A DNA stretch of 64,000 bases from Amoebidium appalachense (GCA_963693365.1 CAVNZM010000014.1:1240001-1304000), one strand, 5' to 3'; positions 1 through 13,347 are shown, counted from the first letter of the stretch. Notes: a model not told the origin generated them from the letters alone. Made by a program: numbers and translations.

Positions 1-102
1 AGTCGTTGTTTGGTTGTGCAATTGTCCTGATTGTTGTTTCGGACAGAAGAGGTAAGACCTTCTGGTGGTGATGGTGGTGGGGTGGTGGTGGGGTAGGTGG
101 GT

Positions 103-150
<48 letters not shown>

Positions 151-151
<1 letters not shown>

Positions 152-296
152 ATTTGAATGCGGAACACGGTACGAAGCTTAAGTACGCATACACGATGAG
201 AAGCATGGTGCAGGACACATGCAAAGGCAAACATTCAAGTATGCAACATCAGCAATGCCCACATATGCATCATAAGCAGAGCCCATCCTCAGGAGG
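151..296 (-). mobile_element. Dispersed retroelement-like repeat, subfamily 1, truncated copy within a poly-G tract
   Basis: TTGAATGCGGAACACGGTACGAAG...CATAAGCAGAGCCCATCCTCAGG is near-identical to the copies at 16230, 16998 and 43795. It is flanked by G runs on both sides. Confidence 0.75.
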
Positions 297-298
297 GT

Positions 299-333
<35 letters not shown>

Positions 334-1009
334 CTCTCTTAGGGAAACACTGTCAGATTCGGTTCTGATTCCAAAATAAATTTGAACTAATTTTGTAACT
401 CTTGGATTTGCCGATAAACATGTAAGAGCATACAGCAAAGGAACACGCACGTGTGCACAACTAAAACCACACACTGTTTCAGGCATGTAAACGCACAGTC
501 GCCACACAAAGCCCTTTATAAACGTGGGATGATTTTGATTTTACACATAACCGAAAACATTCATGAACACACCAATGCACCTTAGGACCGCTTTACTTGC
601 TCGTACCAAGTGACCCACTATATTTGGTCGATTCACGTATTAACCATCTACGGAGCTACCAGGCCCCAGTTCACACATTCAGTAACAACAAAAACGAAAA
701 AAGGTGTTCATATTTTCTTTGGTAGGTACGCGTCTATGTACGGATGCAAGTATGGCGGCTGCGCTAATCTTACCTAATTTGCTTAGTCGTCTACTATCAA
801 AAAACGTACCCGAAACACGAAGTAAAGTAAAATACAACAATGTGTGTATGGACATATAGCCCTAACCAGACAATGGGCATTACATGCAAAGTTCACATTT
901 ACCAACTCGACCACCATTACAACTAGAAACTATCAAAACAACGACAAAAAAAATAATATATACACATTACATGACCCTGCAACAACACCACTAACAACCA
1001 GTTCATACC

Positions 1010-1673
1010 CTACATAGTTATTTGGGAGGAATTCTGACTCTCCAACTCAACCATTAGTTTCGCCTTTTGCTCTCTTAACCCTTTTAACTCCCCTTCCGCT
1101 TCTTTTACCAACAGATGTAATTCCTTGTTTCTCCTTTGCAAATCCTGTAGCGTCGCTCGCGTCCCAGCTCTAACCTCTCTTTCTTTCTCTTCTTTCGCTT
1201 TCTCTTTCTCCTCTTTCACTCTCTCCTTCTCCCTCTCCCTTTCCTCTTTTGCTCTCTCTTTCTCTTTCTCCTTTCTCTCCTTCTTATCTTTCTTTTCTTG
1301 TGACTTCTCCCTCTTTAACGTAACCTCCATATCTCTTTCTTTTTCTCTTTCTTCCTTCTTCTTTTCTTTCTCTTTTTCTTTATCCTTATCTTTCCCAAAT
1401 GCTTTTCTCAACCACGAAGGACCGTGACTCCTGTCTCGGTCCTGAGACATTCTCCTTTCTATCCCCAATTCTTCCGAAAGTCTTCGTTCCCTTTCATCCG
1501 ACCCCCTCCTGTCAGAGGTTAAAGATTCGCTTTCATCTTCTTCTTGTATGCCTGTGGATGGGAGTTTAACCACAGGCAGGCCAGAGAGTTGATTGTAGGA
1601 AGGTGGTTTGCCCTCGTATTCGCTCGGTGGTGGCGGGATGGCGAAATCGACAAGCTGCGCAGTGTTGTTGTTG

Positions 1674-1732
<59 letters not shown>

Positions 1733-1905
1733 TTGGGGGGGGTTGCTGGTCGTGGTGGGTTCGTGGTGGTGGCGGAGGAGGGGGAGGAGCTGAAGGAGTG
1801 GGGGAACGAGGTGGGAGAAGGAGGTGTGTGTGTGTGTGTTGGGGGGGGGGGGGGGAAGGGTGTGACAGGGGTACTAAGAATCTATCAGAAAGGTAACCGG
1901 CATCC

Positions 1906-1949
<44 letters not shown>

Positions 1950-2219
1950 AAAAAAAAACCAAACCCAACCCCAACCCCAACTCCCCCTCCCCCCGGAACC
2001 CCCCCCACCCACTCTGGCCGTTAGACACACAAGCTCTCACTGACTTTCTTCAACACGTACACACGCGCACGGAAAAAGGAGGGAGAGGGGGGGGGAGGGA
2101 AGGAAAAAGGGTCACACGGAGCAATGGACAATGCAGTTCCGTGCTTAAACCAACTTGAGTCCAAAAATATAGCCCAATCTCGTTGCCCCTACTCTACGAC
2201 CCCCCTCCCCTCCTCACCC

Positions 2220-2253
<34 letters not shown>

Positions 2254-4340
2254 ACCACACACACACACGCAACACACACACCCCTCCCCCTCCTCTTTCC
2301 CTCCTCCCTCCCCCCCTCCACACACACACACACACATTTGCAAACACTCACCTCCATCCCCACCGACTGCTTGTGAGCTACCAGAGGCCCCCACGGGTCT
2401 AATGTCCAACAAGTCCAAGTCATCATTTCCGGGTTTCACACCGGTTTGGGGCGGGAACGTTGGGTGGTGTGTGAAATTCGTAGCAGGAGCATTCAACCCC
2501 CCCGCCTGTGAATTTTTCCTTTCCTTTTTCTCGTCTTTTTCCTTCTTAAACATCGATAGAGCGTTGAATCTCTGCTTGAAATCATCCGTGTCTCCCATAT
2601 GACCCCCCCTCCCCAAATCCAAGCTCTGATGTCTGCGCGCGTGCCCTTTAAACCCGTGTGTTTGGGTGGACGGGGCGGGAAGTTGAGGGGAGGGTACTTG
2701 ATCGGGAATAGCGTGGTAAGGGCCGAGAGAGGGGGAACTCGTGTGTTTTTCGCGCCCTTTTCCTTTGCTGTTTTGGCGCTCATATGACCCCAGGGGAACT
2801 CGTTCGTCATCGGACGCCGCCGCCTGCTGCATGCCAAAGTCCGCATCCTATTGGGTTGTTGAAGTAAGTATCTTACATCCTATTGGTGGAATAGGGGTAG
2901 AATCTCGTATCCTATTGGGTAATCTAAGTATCATAACCAGCTATTTGGTGGTGAGGTTAGTAGCTTACATTAACCTACTTAAAGCAAGCCCCGCTACTTC
3001 CATTTTAGCCACTGGGCAGCGAGCCACGATGGTGACGTCATTCTGTGCACAATTTCCATGACACCGTTTAGCCACCCTGAATGAACTGAAGCTGGCTCTG
3101 TCGTATGTCGACATCGGCATTGACACAATTTGACAGCGCCTCTTGATTGGTGAGGCGCATATGAGAAATGTGGCTCTCGTGTGCTCAGCGCCCAGGCGCT
3201 GAAATGGGAGAAGCGGTGGTTGGTTTAAGGAGGCACGGTGAGAAGGAGGACTGAAAAGGGTGGGGAGGGGGGATGGGAGGGGGGGCATGACGTCCACAGC
3301 AAAAACAAAATATTGCAAAGAAAACCGTACTGCCGATAAGTAATAAGAAACCACAAGCTTTTGCACACAAGTAGATACGTGGGGGAAGGGGGTGGCGGAC
3401 GGGGGGGTGGGGGAGGGGGGGGTTGTTACCTGAATTGGGACCATAGGGGCAGAATGAGTCTGGAACTGTTCTCGAAGGCTGTGTGGGCAGGTGTGAGCAA
3501 AAAGGAGAGGGGGGGGAGGGGGGGGGAGATGGATCGCGCAATAGGATGCAGAAAAATCAAAGGGTGGAGAGTGAGCGGTGGGTTGGGTTGGGTTGGGGGG
3601 GGGGGGGGGGGGGGGGAGCGAGAGAAACGAGTAGGGGAGGGGAAGAGAATGGAACAGACATGGGGAGAGAGGGGGGGGGGGGGGGGAGGAGGGAGGGCTA
3701 GGGGATGAAGGGGTGGAGGGAGGGATGCAGAGAAGGAGGGAGGGAGGAACATAAGAGACAAAGAAGAAAAAAGGAGAAATCAAACAGACGCTCTAACCCA
3801 CTGCACGCACACCAAGAAGACTACTTGATAGGATGATTCAAAAAGAAGCGGGGCCAGCGCCAAGATAAAAAGCTACCTCTCAATACACATCTTAAGGGAA
3901 CAACGGGGGGAAGGGGGCGGGGACGAGGTAGTGAGGCAGAGATGGAGGGAGGAGGGGTGGGGGTGGGGAGGGGGGGAGCAAGGAGAGATGAGAGGAAGGG
4001 AGGAAAAGAGAGGGGGGAGGAGGGGGGAGGGGGAGAGTTTGAGAGAAGAAAGAGAAAGGGGGGAGGGAGGGTGGGACGGGGGGGAAGGGCCGGGGGGGGG
4101 AGGGGACAGGAGGGGAAGGAGAGGGGGAAGGAGGGAGGGAGCGAGGGAGGGGACTAGGGGAGGAGGAAGGAAGCGAGGGACGACAAACCATCATTGAGTA
4201 TATGTGCATGTGTGTGTTTATGTGTGCACTGGCTTGTATGTGCATGTGTGTGCACATGTGTAGGCGCGGTTTTGTGTGTGTATGTTCGTGCAGTTCATGT
4301 GTGTATGTTTGGAAACGTGTGTGTGTGTGAATGTGTGTGT

Positions 4341-4389
<49 letters not shown>

Positions 4390-4618
4390 GAGGAGGGCCA
4401 ATACTGACCTTGGCATCTGTAAAGCTCCCTCGGGCTGTGCCTGCAGACGAGGCGCATGATGTCAGCACCCATGAATCAAGACAGAGAGTGTGTTAGGATG
4501 ATGGTGAAGGGGAGGGGAGGGGGGAAGGGGAGGGAGGGGGGGGGGAGGGGGGGGGAAGGGGAGGAGGGGGGAGGGGGGGCGGAGTAAAGGAGTGTGATTT
4601 TTGGTGCAGGAAGATGGG

Positions 4619-4675
<57 letters not shown>

Positions 4676-4784
4676 GGAGAAGGCAGGCAGTGGGGAGGGG
4701 GTTGAGTGTAACAGACGAGAAAATCAAGTGTGTGTGTGCGTGTGTGTGTGCTGGATTTCCTCTCTCTCTCTCACTTTTTTTTGT

Positions 4785-4845
<61 letters not shown>

Positions 4846-5854
4846 CTTTTTCTCTCTTTTATTTCTATTAGAAGGGGGGGCGGGGGGAGGGGGGGGGGCG
4901 GGGGAGGGGGGAGGGGGAAAAGGGGGGGGGGGGGGGGGGGTACTCATAAAACGGGGGGAAAACATGGAAGCAAAGGCACTATAAAACCACAGAAAATAAA
5001 AGGACAAAACAGAAATCCAAAACATTGTGCAGGCAGACGTTACTTGGACAGAGCCAATCATCAGGGGGGCTCCTAGGCTACAAAAAAAAAACAGAAAGGG
5101 TACAATAGCCGCGTGCAGGGGGAGGGAGGGGGGGGGGAGGGGGGGGGGGGGGGATAAATATATAATAGATATACCTGTTGATAGCGATGAATTGCAGGCT
5201 CCGAAAGCCTCTGTGTATCCGCTGTATATCCCCTCGGTGTATCCAACTGCAAATTGGACCCATACATGGATCCCCCCACACCTCCTCCCGTGGGGGTCTG
5301 TGTGGGTGTTTGCGCAAAACCGATCGAAGGGCTTCGGTCAGCAACACCTCCCCCGGCCTCTGACGATCGGTGGGTGCGCGGTGGTGGTTGGGGAGGGACG
5401 GAATATGATTGGTTACTATACGCCCAATCAACGTTGTTTTTTGACGGACTTTCCGGATATGGGCGCGGGTTGGTGGAAAGCATAGAAGCGAACGGGTTGT
5501 TTGGGTTAAAGGTTGGGGTTGTGTCTACCGGTTCTGAAGAACCCCCCTGGGCCGGGGTGGTGTAGGAATTTACCATATATGGTGGTGTCTGGTATGGCTG
5601 TTGTTGTTGTTGCATTTGCTGTTGCTTGATACGGGCCAAAAGGTACTGTTTCTTAAAAGGAGGCAAGATGCGGGGATTCAGGGGTCCCTTTAATCCGTCG
5701 GCTATATTTGGAAAGTGCACGGCCACACGTGCTAGCTGCATGGCTATGCAAAATTCGTCTTCGTCCAGTCGCCCATCTCGGTCAATATCGGCAAGTTTCC
5801 TGGAAAAAACCCCCCCGGCTGGTCAGCAGCAATATACCATACCAGATACTGAGC

Positions 5855-5885
<31 letters not shown>

Positions 5886-7230
5886 ACTTCCCTGCACCCT
5901 CCCTCTTCCGCTGCCCTCTTACTCAGCATCCATACTATCCATTCCTCCCCCCTTCCCCCCCCCCCCCCCCCCCCCCAAATTCCTTTCGCCGCCACCACGT
6001 CCCGCTACCAATTTTGCTATCCCTGAATACAGGCACACACTCATGGTAAATGCTACATGAAAGTACTTGAAGTATGTGTGTGGTTGCGTGTGGGTGTGCT
6101 GGGGAGGGGGGAGAAACGCGAGGAGGAGGAGGGGGGGGGCGGGAGGGGGCTGATTAGAGGGTGACAACCATGGATGGAAAGGGAAAAACCACAAAAGTAA
6201 ACACTCAAAAAAAAAAGAAATAAAACCGTGCAGACTGAAAGCATCCTGGGGTGGTGGTGGTAGGTGGGTGGATGTGTGTGTGTTTGGGGGAGGGGGGAGG
6301 GGGGGATGTAGGCACTTGCGGGTTGAGATTGTAGGGAAAGGGGCAAGATGGGGGGAGGAGGAGGGGGGGGGGGGGGTGTGTTTATGTGTGTGTGTGGGGG
6401 GGCGGGGGGGGGGTACACATACCATATCCTTGCCAGCATATCTTCGGGCAGATTTGACCTCCGAAACAGCGCCTGCAGCAGGTCACTGTCCACTGCACGT
6501 GCACACACAGTCAGACCATGTACGTGTCTCTGCCCCCCCCCCCCCCTCCCCCTCCTGCTCCTCCCCTCCCCTCCCCCCTCCCCCCCAACAAATACCCACC
6601 ACCACTCTCCCTCTTTCCCCCCGTCCACACCTCCCCAGGCGGCATCTTCTCCCAACCTCTGCCCCCCCCCCCCCCCCCCCCCCCCCCCGCCGCCCCCCCT
6701 CCTCCCCACCAAAAAAAAAAAAAACAACTCGATCCACACACACAGCCCGTTATCTCACCTAACCACCATCAGCCAGCCGTAGAAGACGATTAGGAATCCG
6801 TTTTTGTGTCAAGAATGGGATGAGGTTGGGGACGGGTGTATGTGTGTGTGTGTGTAGGGGGGGGGGGGAGAGAGGGGGGGGGGGGGGGGGGGGGGGAGGG
6901 GGGGGGGGGGGACTCACGAGGCACGTAACCATCGACGGGGTGCACAGCGTGAAAGTGCACGAGATAGCCCCCCCTCAGCTCGGGGGTGATGACCCACACC
7001 TCCCCTGGGTCCTCCATACCAACTGACCCTACTCCCCTTCCATCCCCATCGCTCTGAGATGCTGTCGTTGCAATACCGGGTGTTGCGTATGTGCTCAGTG
7101 CTGTCAGGGATGTGTTGTTTGATTTCGGACTGTTGGTATTGTTTTGCGGGTTGCGAGCTGAAGGTAGCGGTGGTTTGGGGGGTTTAGGGCGGTCTGCTGG
7201 TGGGGGTGCCGAGGAGGTTGGTGTCTCCAT
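1010..7230 (-). CDS. EH-domain (Eps15 homology) protein with C-terminal coiled coil, REPS/Eps15-like, ~749 aa, 7 coding exons
   Basis: Exons 7230-6918, 6492-6423, 5799-5175, 4440-4409, 3478-3430, 2847-2352 and 1674-1010 all have GT-AG boundaries and consistent phases (2250 nt). The EH signature is WVITPE..Y..HF..P.DGY / [36 protein letters not shown]. Also an NPF motif, a K/E-rich tract and a terminal coiled coil. Confidence 0.85.
2844..2968. repeat. Four ~31-bp degenerate tandem units, each containing a copy of the 3' splice site
   Basis: Units begin CATCCTATTGG / CATCCTATTGG / TATCCTATTGG / CAGCTATTTGG (minus strand CCAATAG|GAT). Confidence 0.6.
4960..5075 (-). mobile_element. Degenerate copy of the dispersed repeat (subfamily 2) in an intron
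   Basis: GTGCAGGCAGA..ACTTGGACAGAGCCAATCATCAGGGG matches 25483-25525. Confidence 0.55.
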
Positions 7231-8384
7231 GTTGCTTAAGTATCTTCCTGCATCAAGGAGGGGAGATGAAGATTACTGTGATAGTTATCAGCTGGAAAAC
7301 CAGGAAACAAGGCTAGCCCAGTCATGTTAGAATTTCAATAGCTTATTCGTACAAGAAAACGGGCCAAAAAAAAAGACATGATAGAAAGCCTAGGGAACAT
7401 CGACAGAGCAAGGAAACAGAGCAGGGCAGGAAGAAAACGGTAAGGGGTGGGTGCTTTAAATAATGGGGAAAGGAGGGTAACTAAGGGTGGTGGTGGTGGT
7501 CGGGGGGGTTGGGGGGGGGGGGGGGGGGGGGGAGGAAGATGGGGAGATGTGTGGAGGGAGGAAGGGGAGGGAATGCGTGGAGGGAGGAAGGGGACAGTGT
7601 CAGGAGAGGGGGAGGGGAAGGGGCTGTGGGGCTGGCTATGCTAAGAAAGAGAATAGGGAGATAAACACAGTGTGGCGGTGTTTACAGATGTGTACGTGTT
7701 ACTGTATGGCGCTCCGACTGATGCACTGCAAATTGTGAGTATACACTATAATTGAACTATTGGGAATTATCATAAAGGTCACCAAGGAAACCACGAACGA
7801 TGCCGAGGCAGGCACCCAGAAAGGATCCCCCTCCCTCCTTCCCTCCCCCGCTCCCCCCTCCTCCCCCTCCTCCCCCCCATCCCCACACCTCCCCCCAAAA
7901 GACAAACAAAAACAACAACATCTGTAACAAGTAGCTTGAGGCAACATTTCAGTACACAAGAGGCACAGCTCCTTGTATGTTCTATAGAGGGACAAAGAAA
8001 ACGTACTTGAGCCCAAGCCACACACCTTACCTATTTACTGACACTCTTGTGTCAAGATATGTGGTTTTACTTGAATTCCAGCAAAATGGCTACAACAGCA
8101 CAGCACAAGCAACTAACTCAACTTTAGATACCAAAATACAGAATGTGACCCGTCAAAATGATACTGGCAACCAGAAAAAGAATTTGTATACCGGGTAAGA
8201 CCTAGGCTTTACTGTAGTTGCAAGTGTTGCAAGCCAGACTGTACGGTGTTTCTAGATGGCCGTGACTACAATAAAGATGGAAACATGAATGGGTGTGTGC
8301 GGTTTACTGTCATCCGTGTATCGAATACAGCGGGGTGATCGCACATACCGTCACCGAGCTGCCGGAAGCAAAAAATCAACACAG

Positions 8385-8735
8385 CCAACGGCAGCCAATC
8401 AGAATTGTGATCGAACTAATGACGTCATAAAGGTGCAAAAAAGTTGATCATTGATCGATTACGTTTTGAAGTGGATACACACCCCTACATTTAAAAAGCT
8501 ACCCCCACACATATGTACATAGTGTAGCTTTCTAGCAATAGTATTTTTGTACATAAATATATCGGAGCAAATTAATTTTATTTTTCTGGATTTTTTCGAA
8601 GTGGTCTAAGCTTCTGAGTCGAGTAGTCGACGACCTTTTTCACCATTTTGATTGGCTACTTGACGGCTTCATTAGAGCCAATCAGAATGATTATGGCTTA
8701 TCTATCATGCATTCCTAAAAGGCTTGGCCAATCAC
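8385..8735. promoter_or_regulatory. Putative promoter between the divergent EH gene and kinase: CCAAT boxes and CRE
   Basis: AGCCAATCAG near 8393 and 8677, GATTGGCT near 8650, GGCCAATCA near 8726, TGACGTCA at 8420-8427. The region is microsatellite-free. Confidence 0.5.
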
Positions 8736-8749
8736 ATCATTCATGGCTA

Positions 8750-9150
8750 CAGGGGGGGGATTACGAAAAAAAATCGTAGTAATTACGTAAGACCCCGATA
8801 CGAAAAAGGTTAGTGTGCCGTCGTATCAGCTTTCGTATCAGATGTATAACATTATAAACGCTTTAAGGCCCCTTAATATCTAACTGTACCTAATTTTTTC
8901 AATATTTCTGTTCAAGAACATATCTACAGCGCTTCTCATGAGCAATATCGAACCCCGACAAGTGTCCAGGGCTTGTAATACTGCGATACTTAGTTTGTAA
9001 AAACGCGTATTTTGAGTTTTGTGACTAGAGGGGCGTTTTTAGCTGGGCTTGCAGATCCCCAAGAACCCCCCCCGTTACGATTAAGAAATTGTCCGTTACG
9101 ATTGGCCAAAGGACAATATGGTTAAGCTGGCCAACCCCAGCCCAACCCTG
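8750..9150. mobile_element. Non-autonomous hAT-type element (401 bp)
   Basis: Exact 8-bp TSD CATGGCTA (8742-8749 and 9151-9158). Termini CAGGG...CCCTG form an imperfect 8/10 TIR. Internal TACGA/TCGTA repeats. Confidence 0.7.
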
Positions 9151-9347
9151 CATGGCTAACCGTTCGGCGTGACCTCTCAGCCTCTCAGGTCTCAGTGCCG
9201 ATTCAGTACCGCCGTGTTGAGCAGCAAGTGAATGTGTATAATTATCTTAAATAAAAAATAAAATCAATATAATGTTTCTTTCCCTTTTGATTTCTACAGT
9301 TATTTTTACAGGCCTCCAGTGTACTGCCCTCTTCAATGTGTGGGTCA

Positions 9348-9845
9348 CAGGGATGCGCCGGGCCGGGCCGACCGGCCCGGGACCGACCGGTCATCGGTCA
9401 GTCGGGTGACCCTGAGGTCATTTTGTAGATACCCGATAGCCGAAAATACCCGGTCGAGCCGGCCCGTGACCGACCCGACCCGAGGCCAAAACCCGCCCGG
9501 GTATCCGGGCCGGGGGGAGGTGGGGGCATACGTAATACAATAAATAGGGTTGTGCATTATTTTCCGTTTGTTGCCTACAATTATTATGTATAGGTACAGT
9601 GAAATATCACATAATGACACACTGCACACACACACACACACACACAGGCACAGACACACACACTGTACACCGGCGTGCACACACGTGCCACCAGTGTGCA
9701 CTGTATGGTGCATGTGACGCGGATGCGGCGCGTGAGGTCGACCCGGCATGCGCTCATGTCACATGTGCCACATGCGCGGCGGAACGCACTGACGTGCACA
9801 CAGATACACACACAAACACACACACACACGCACATGTACACACGT

Positions 9846-9881
<36 letters not shown>

Positions 9882-10458
9882 ACACACACACACCGTCACA
9901 CACACAGTCACACACACGTGCACACACACACACACCTGACACACACACGCACTAGTCACACACGTGCACACACACACACACACACACACGCACACACACG
10001 CACACACGCACACACGCACACACACGGCACACACACATACACACATGTGACACGCGTACACATGTACACCTACAGACACGCGTGCCGCCGCATGCGCACG
10101 GTGCACGCGCACACTTGCACACACACACATGCGCGCGCACACACACGCACACACACGCAATCAAAAAAAAATGGACGGACGTACACAACAGACACGTGTG
10201 ACATGCGATACACAGGGGCGTGCAAACCGGGGGACATTTTATAGGGTGTGCCCTTTATTACACACAAAACAGACAAATCCAGACTCCCGAGGTTTTCACT
10301 TCGGCCCGGCCTGGCCATGGTGTCGGCAACCCGATTTGGGACTTGCGTGGCCGGTGACCGACCGACCTTGTCCTGGATTTTCCTTGACCGACCGTACCCG
10401 ACCTGGCAACCTTCCAACCCGAATCGACTCGATCCGTGAAACTTTCGGCGCATCCCTG
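9348..10458. mobile_element. Non-autonomous hAT-type element (1111 bp)
   Basis: Perfect 13-bp TIR CAGGGATGCGCCG (9348-9360 / 10446-10458) and exact 8-bp TSD GTGGGTCA (9340-9347, 10459-10466). GACCG-rich subterminal repeats at both ends. No transposase ORF. Confidence 0.92.
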
Positions 10459-10768
10459 GTGGGTCACCAGGAAAACTTTGCCATCTGGCCGCCGTGATCG
10501 ATCACTGATTGGCTAACCACTTTTTTTCCATCACGTATAAACAAAGCTGCAACTGAAAAAAGCGCCAGAAAAAATTAGAAATTCATCCAGGCTGTGACCG
10601 CCCACCAACAAACGTAGACCCAACAATGATTGAACGCTCAGAATTTGTCATCGATTAGGACCATGCTAGTGATCACAACGGGCAGAAAGCACGTCATATC
10701 CCAACTGGGTAGTTTAAAACCTACTTTATATACAGCGTTACCGTAGAGACAAATGTGGACGACCAGAC

Positions 10769-11731
10769 ATGAACAAACTTATGTCAAACAAGTTCTCAGA
10801 TCCCAACAGCTACAATTTCCTTGGGCTGGTGAGTAAGGGAAAGTTTGGGATGGTAGAAAGCGCCATACACACACCTACAAATTATCATTGTGCCATAAAA
10901 GTGATTCGTTTAGGCTCGATTCACGATGAAGCACTGAAAAATGAAATTGACATCTCTTTTCTCGTTCGACATCCCTGCATCATAAAAACACACGCTACGT
11001 TCACAGACCATGCATCCATCCACATAGTTCAAGAGTACGGGGGAGGAGGCGACCTATTCACCTATGTGATGTCAAATGGCCCTGAGAGAGATGAATCCCG
11101 CTTGAAATCTATTGTGGCACAACTATCATCGGCACTAACGTACCTTCACTACGACGTAAACATAGCACACAGAGACATAAAGCTGGAAAACGCAGTCTTA
11201 CTTGGCGGCTTCGACCAGAATTTTCAAGTTCGTCTCGTGGATTTCGGCCTAGCCGCACACATCCCTCCAAAGGGCAAACTAACTTTGCCCAGGGGTCGCA
11301 CCGGGACGTTGGCGTACCTTTCCCCTGAGGCCCTGCAAGTTAGCCAGACTGGGGGTTTATTAGATCCGCGTGCGGCAGATGCATGGGCGCTTGGGATTCT
11401 GTGCTACGCATGTGCCTTCTCCCAATTTCCCTTCGAAACATGTTCACGCGAAGATGAAGATTATAGCGACTACATAAAGTCATTGGAAGAAGGAAACAGC
11501 GGCGCTATATTTGGAGCGAAACCTGAGGATATTGGTGTTACAGAAGAGTTCTGTTGTCTTCTAGAAGGATTGCTTAACCCATCACCAAGCCAGCGACTGA
11601 CGTGCAAAGATGTGTCTCGTTTCTTGGCCGACCCCTGGCTGAGAAGGAAGGGGAGGGGTTACGAACTATCACACCCACACGGAGTCATTTCGAGGTATGA
11701 ATCGGATACGTTTTTGGGTCTGTGCTGTTAG
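10769..11731 (+). CDS. Intronless Ser/Thr protein kinase (CAMK-like fold), 320 aa
   Basis: Motifs KGKFG, CAIK, HRDIKLEN, DFGLA, GTLAYLSPE and DAWALG are all present in a single ORF. Confidence 0.93.
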   Translation: MNKLMSNKFSDPNSYNFLGLVSKGKFGMVESAIHTPTNYHCAIKVIRLGSIHDEALKNEIDISFLVRHPCIIKTHATFTDHASIHIVQEYGGGGDLFTYVMSNGPERDESRLKSIVAQLSSALTYLHYDVNIAHRDIKLENAVLLGGFDQNFQVRLVDFGLAAHIPPKGKLTLPRGRTGTLAYLSPEALQVSQTGGLLDPRAADAWALGILCYACAFSQFPFETCSREDEDYSDYIKSLEEGNSGAIFGAKPEDIGVTEEFCCLLEGLLNPSPSQRLTCKDVSRFLADPWLRRKGRGYELSHPHGVISRYESDTFLGLCC

Positions 11732-12398
11732 GAACGATAGAGTCCAGATGCGCATGCCAATAGATGCGTGCTCAGATCTTCGGACTGTCTGGCGTGTGTA
11801 TATAGGCGTGAGATGTGTCTATAACAACGTCTATATCAATTGAAGTCCGTGTATTGATATCGACGCCGTTTATAACATGTTCTTGGATTGCAGAGATATT
11901 GGTGGCTGTATTGGCGCCTATTACAGAACGCGACACAGGCGCTGCAACAGACCGTGTCAAACACTCACTAATATGCTATAGACTTGCCATAATATATCAT
12001 AAGTTACGGTATCCTACAAGTTCACCCTTACCAGTAGCAACCTTAGTATCTGCACATCTTCACAATCTTACAATTCATATATGTGAATGTAGTACATGAA
12101 GTACTCATGTACATAGGATATGTCGTACTGTTTGTTTGTGGGCCTGTTAACTTTTAACGTAAAACCCCTCTTGAGATACCCTTGCGGGGAGATATAACCC
12201 AATTCCGAAAAAAATCCGCAATCCAGCACCGTGTGTGGTTAACGTTGTGGTTATTTAAAGTACGAGGAAAGGTAACAACACAATGCGAGAATTCCTACAT
12301 ATGAATCATCGTCCCCAATTCAACTGCATTACACCGTGCGCAACTTGCCCTAGGGTGGGTGGGTTTGTGGGTGCCATTGAGTGGTGGTGTGTGTGTGT

Positions 12399-12429
<31 letters not shown>

Positions 12430-13106
12430 GGGGAAGAATTCCGTGTAGTCCTTTCTTTTTGGGGGGGGGGGGGGGGGGGGGGGGCTCATTTTTGTGATTT
12501 ATTTATCTGCTTCTTCTTTTGGCAAAAAAAAAAAAAAAAAAAAAGGGGGGGGGGGGGGGGGGAGTGGGTGTGCGTGTACGTATGTGCAAGGGAGGTGGGG
12601 GGGGGGGGGGGGGGGGGGGGGGGAGTGAGTGTGAGAGTACGTGTGTGCGAGGGAGGTGGGGGAGGGGGTGCGGGAGGGAGGGAGGAGGGGGGAAGGGGGG
12701 GGGGGGAGGAGGAGAGGGTTGGGACAGGGGGTAAGGGTGTGAGGAATTTCAAGGAACCTCAAGCTAGAAGCTATCCCATTAGAGGCTCTTCCGGACCGGC
12801 ACCTCACTCAACTGGATAGAACAAAAGGCAAGCACAGCTGCAAAGTAACTGTTCAAGTTCCGTTATTCTACATTGCACAAAAACGACACACACACTATAG
12901 CTCAGCACAGAGATAATACTAGTGGAGGGAAAAAACCGAGCTACGTGTGCGTGCACGGGCATGCATATGGCGTGGTGACTGGACAAGCAAAGCTGAAAAA
13001 TGGGACGGGGGTCTGAGCCGGACATTTTTTCTTTCTTTGGGGGGGGACCGGGGGGGGGGGAGGGGAACAGGGGTTTAGAATGGATGTGACAATGTGTGTT
13101 TGTGAC

Positions 13107-13150
<44 letters not shown>

Positions 13151-13300
13151 ATCATCATGGTACAGATACCACATAAACCTAAATATTGCAATAGCCGCGG
13201 CTGAGAGCGCTAGCCATATACACGCGAACAAAAATACATAACACGATATATATTTAGCGGACCAGAGCCCATTTGCAGGTTTCCGGGGGTGCTCTTCGTG

Positions 13301-13347
<47 letters not shown>

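Noticed and set aside
2965-3198. ORF segment with a C1-domain-like look (RCQ...KRCHGNCA)
   Set aside because: It lacks the required Cys pairs and ends in a stop. The gene splices consistently around it.
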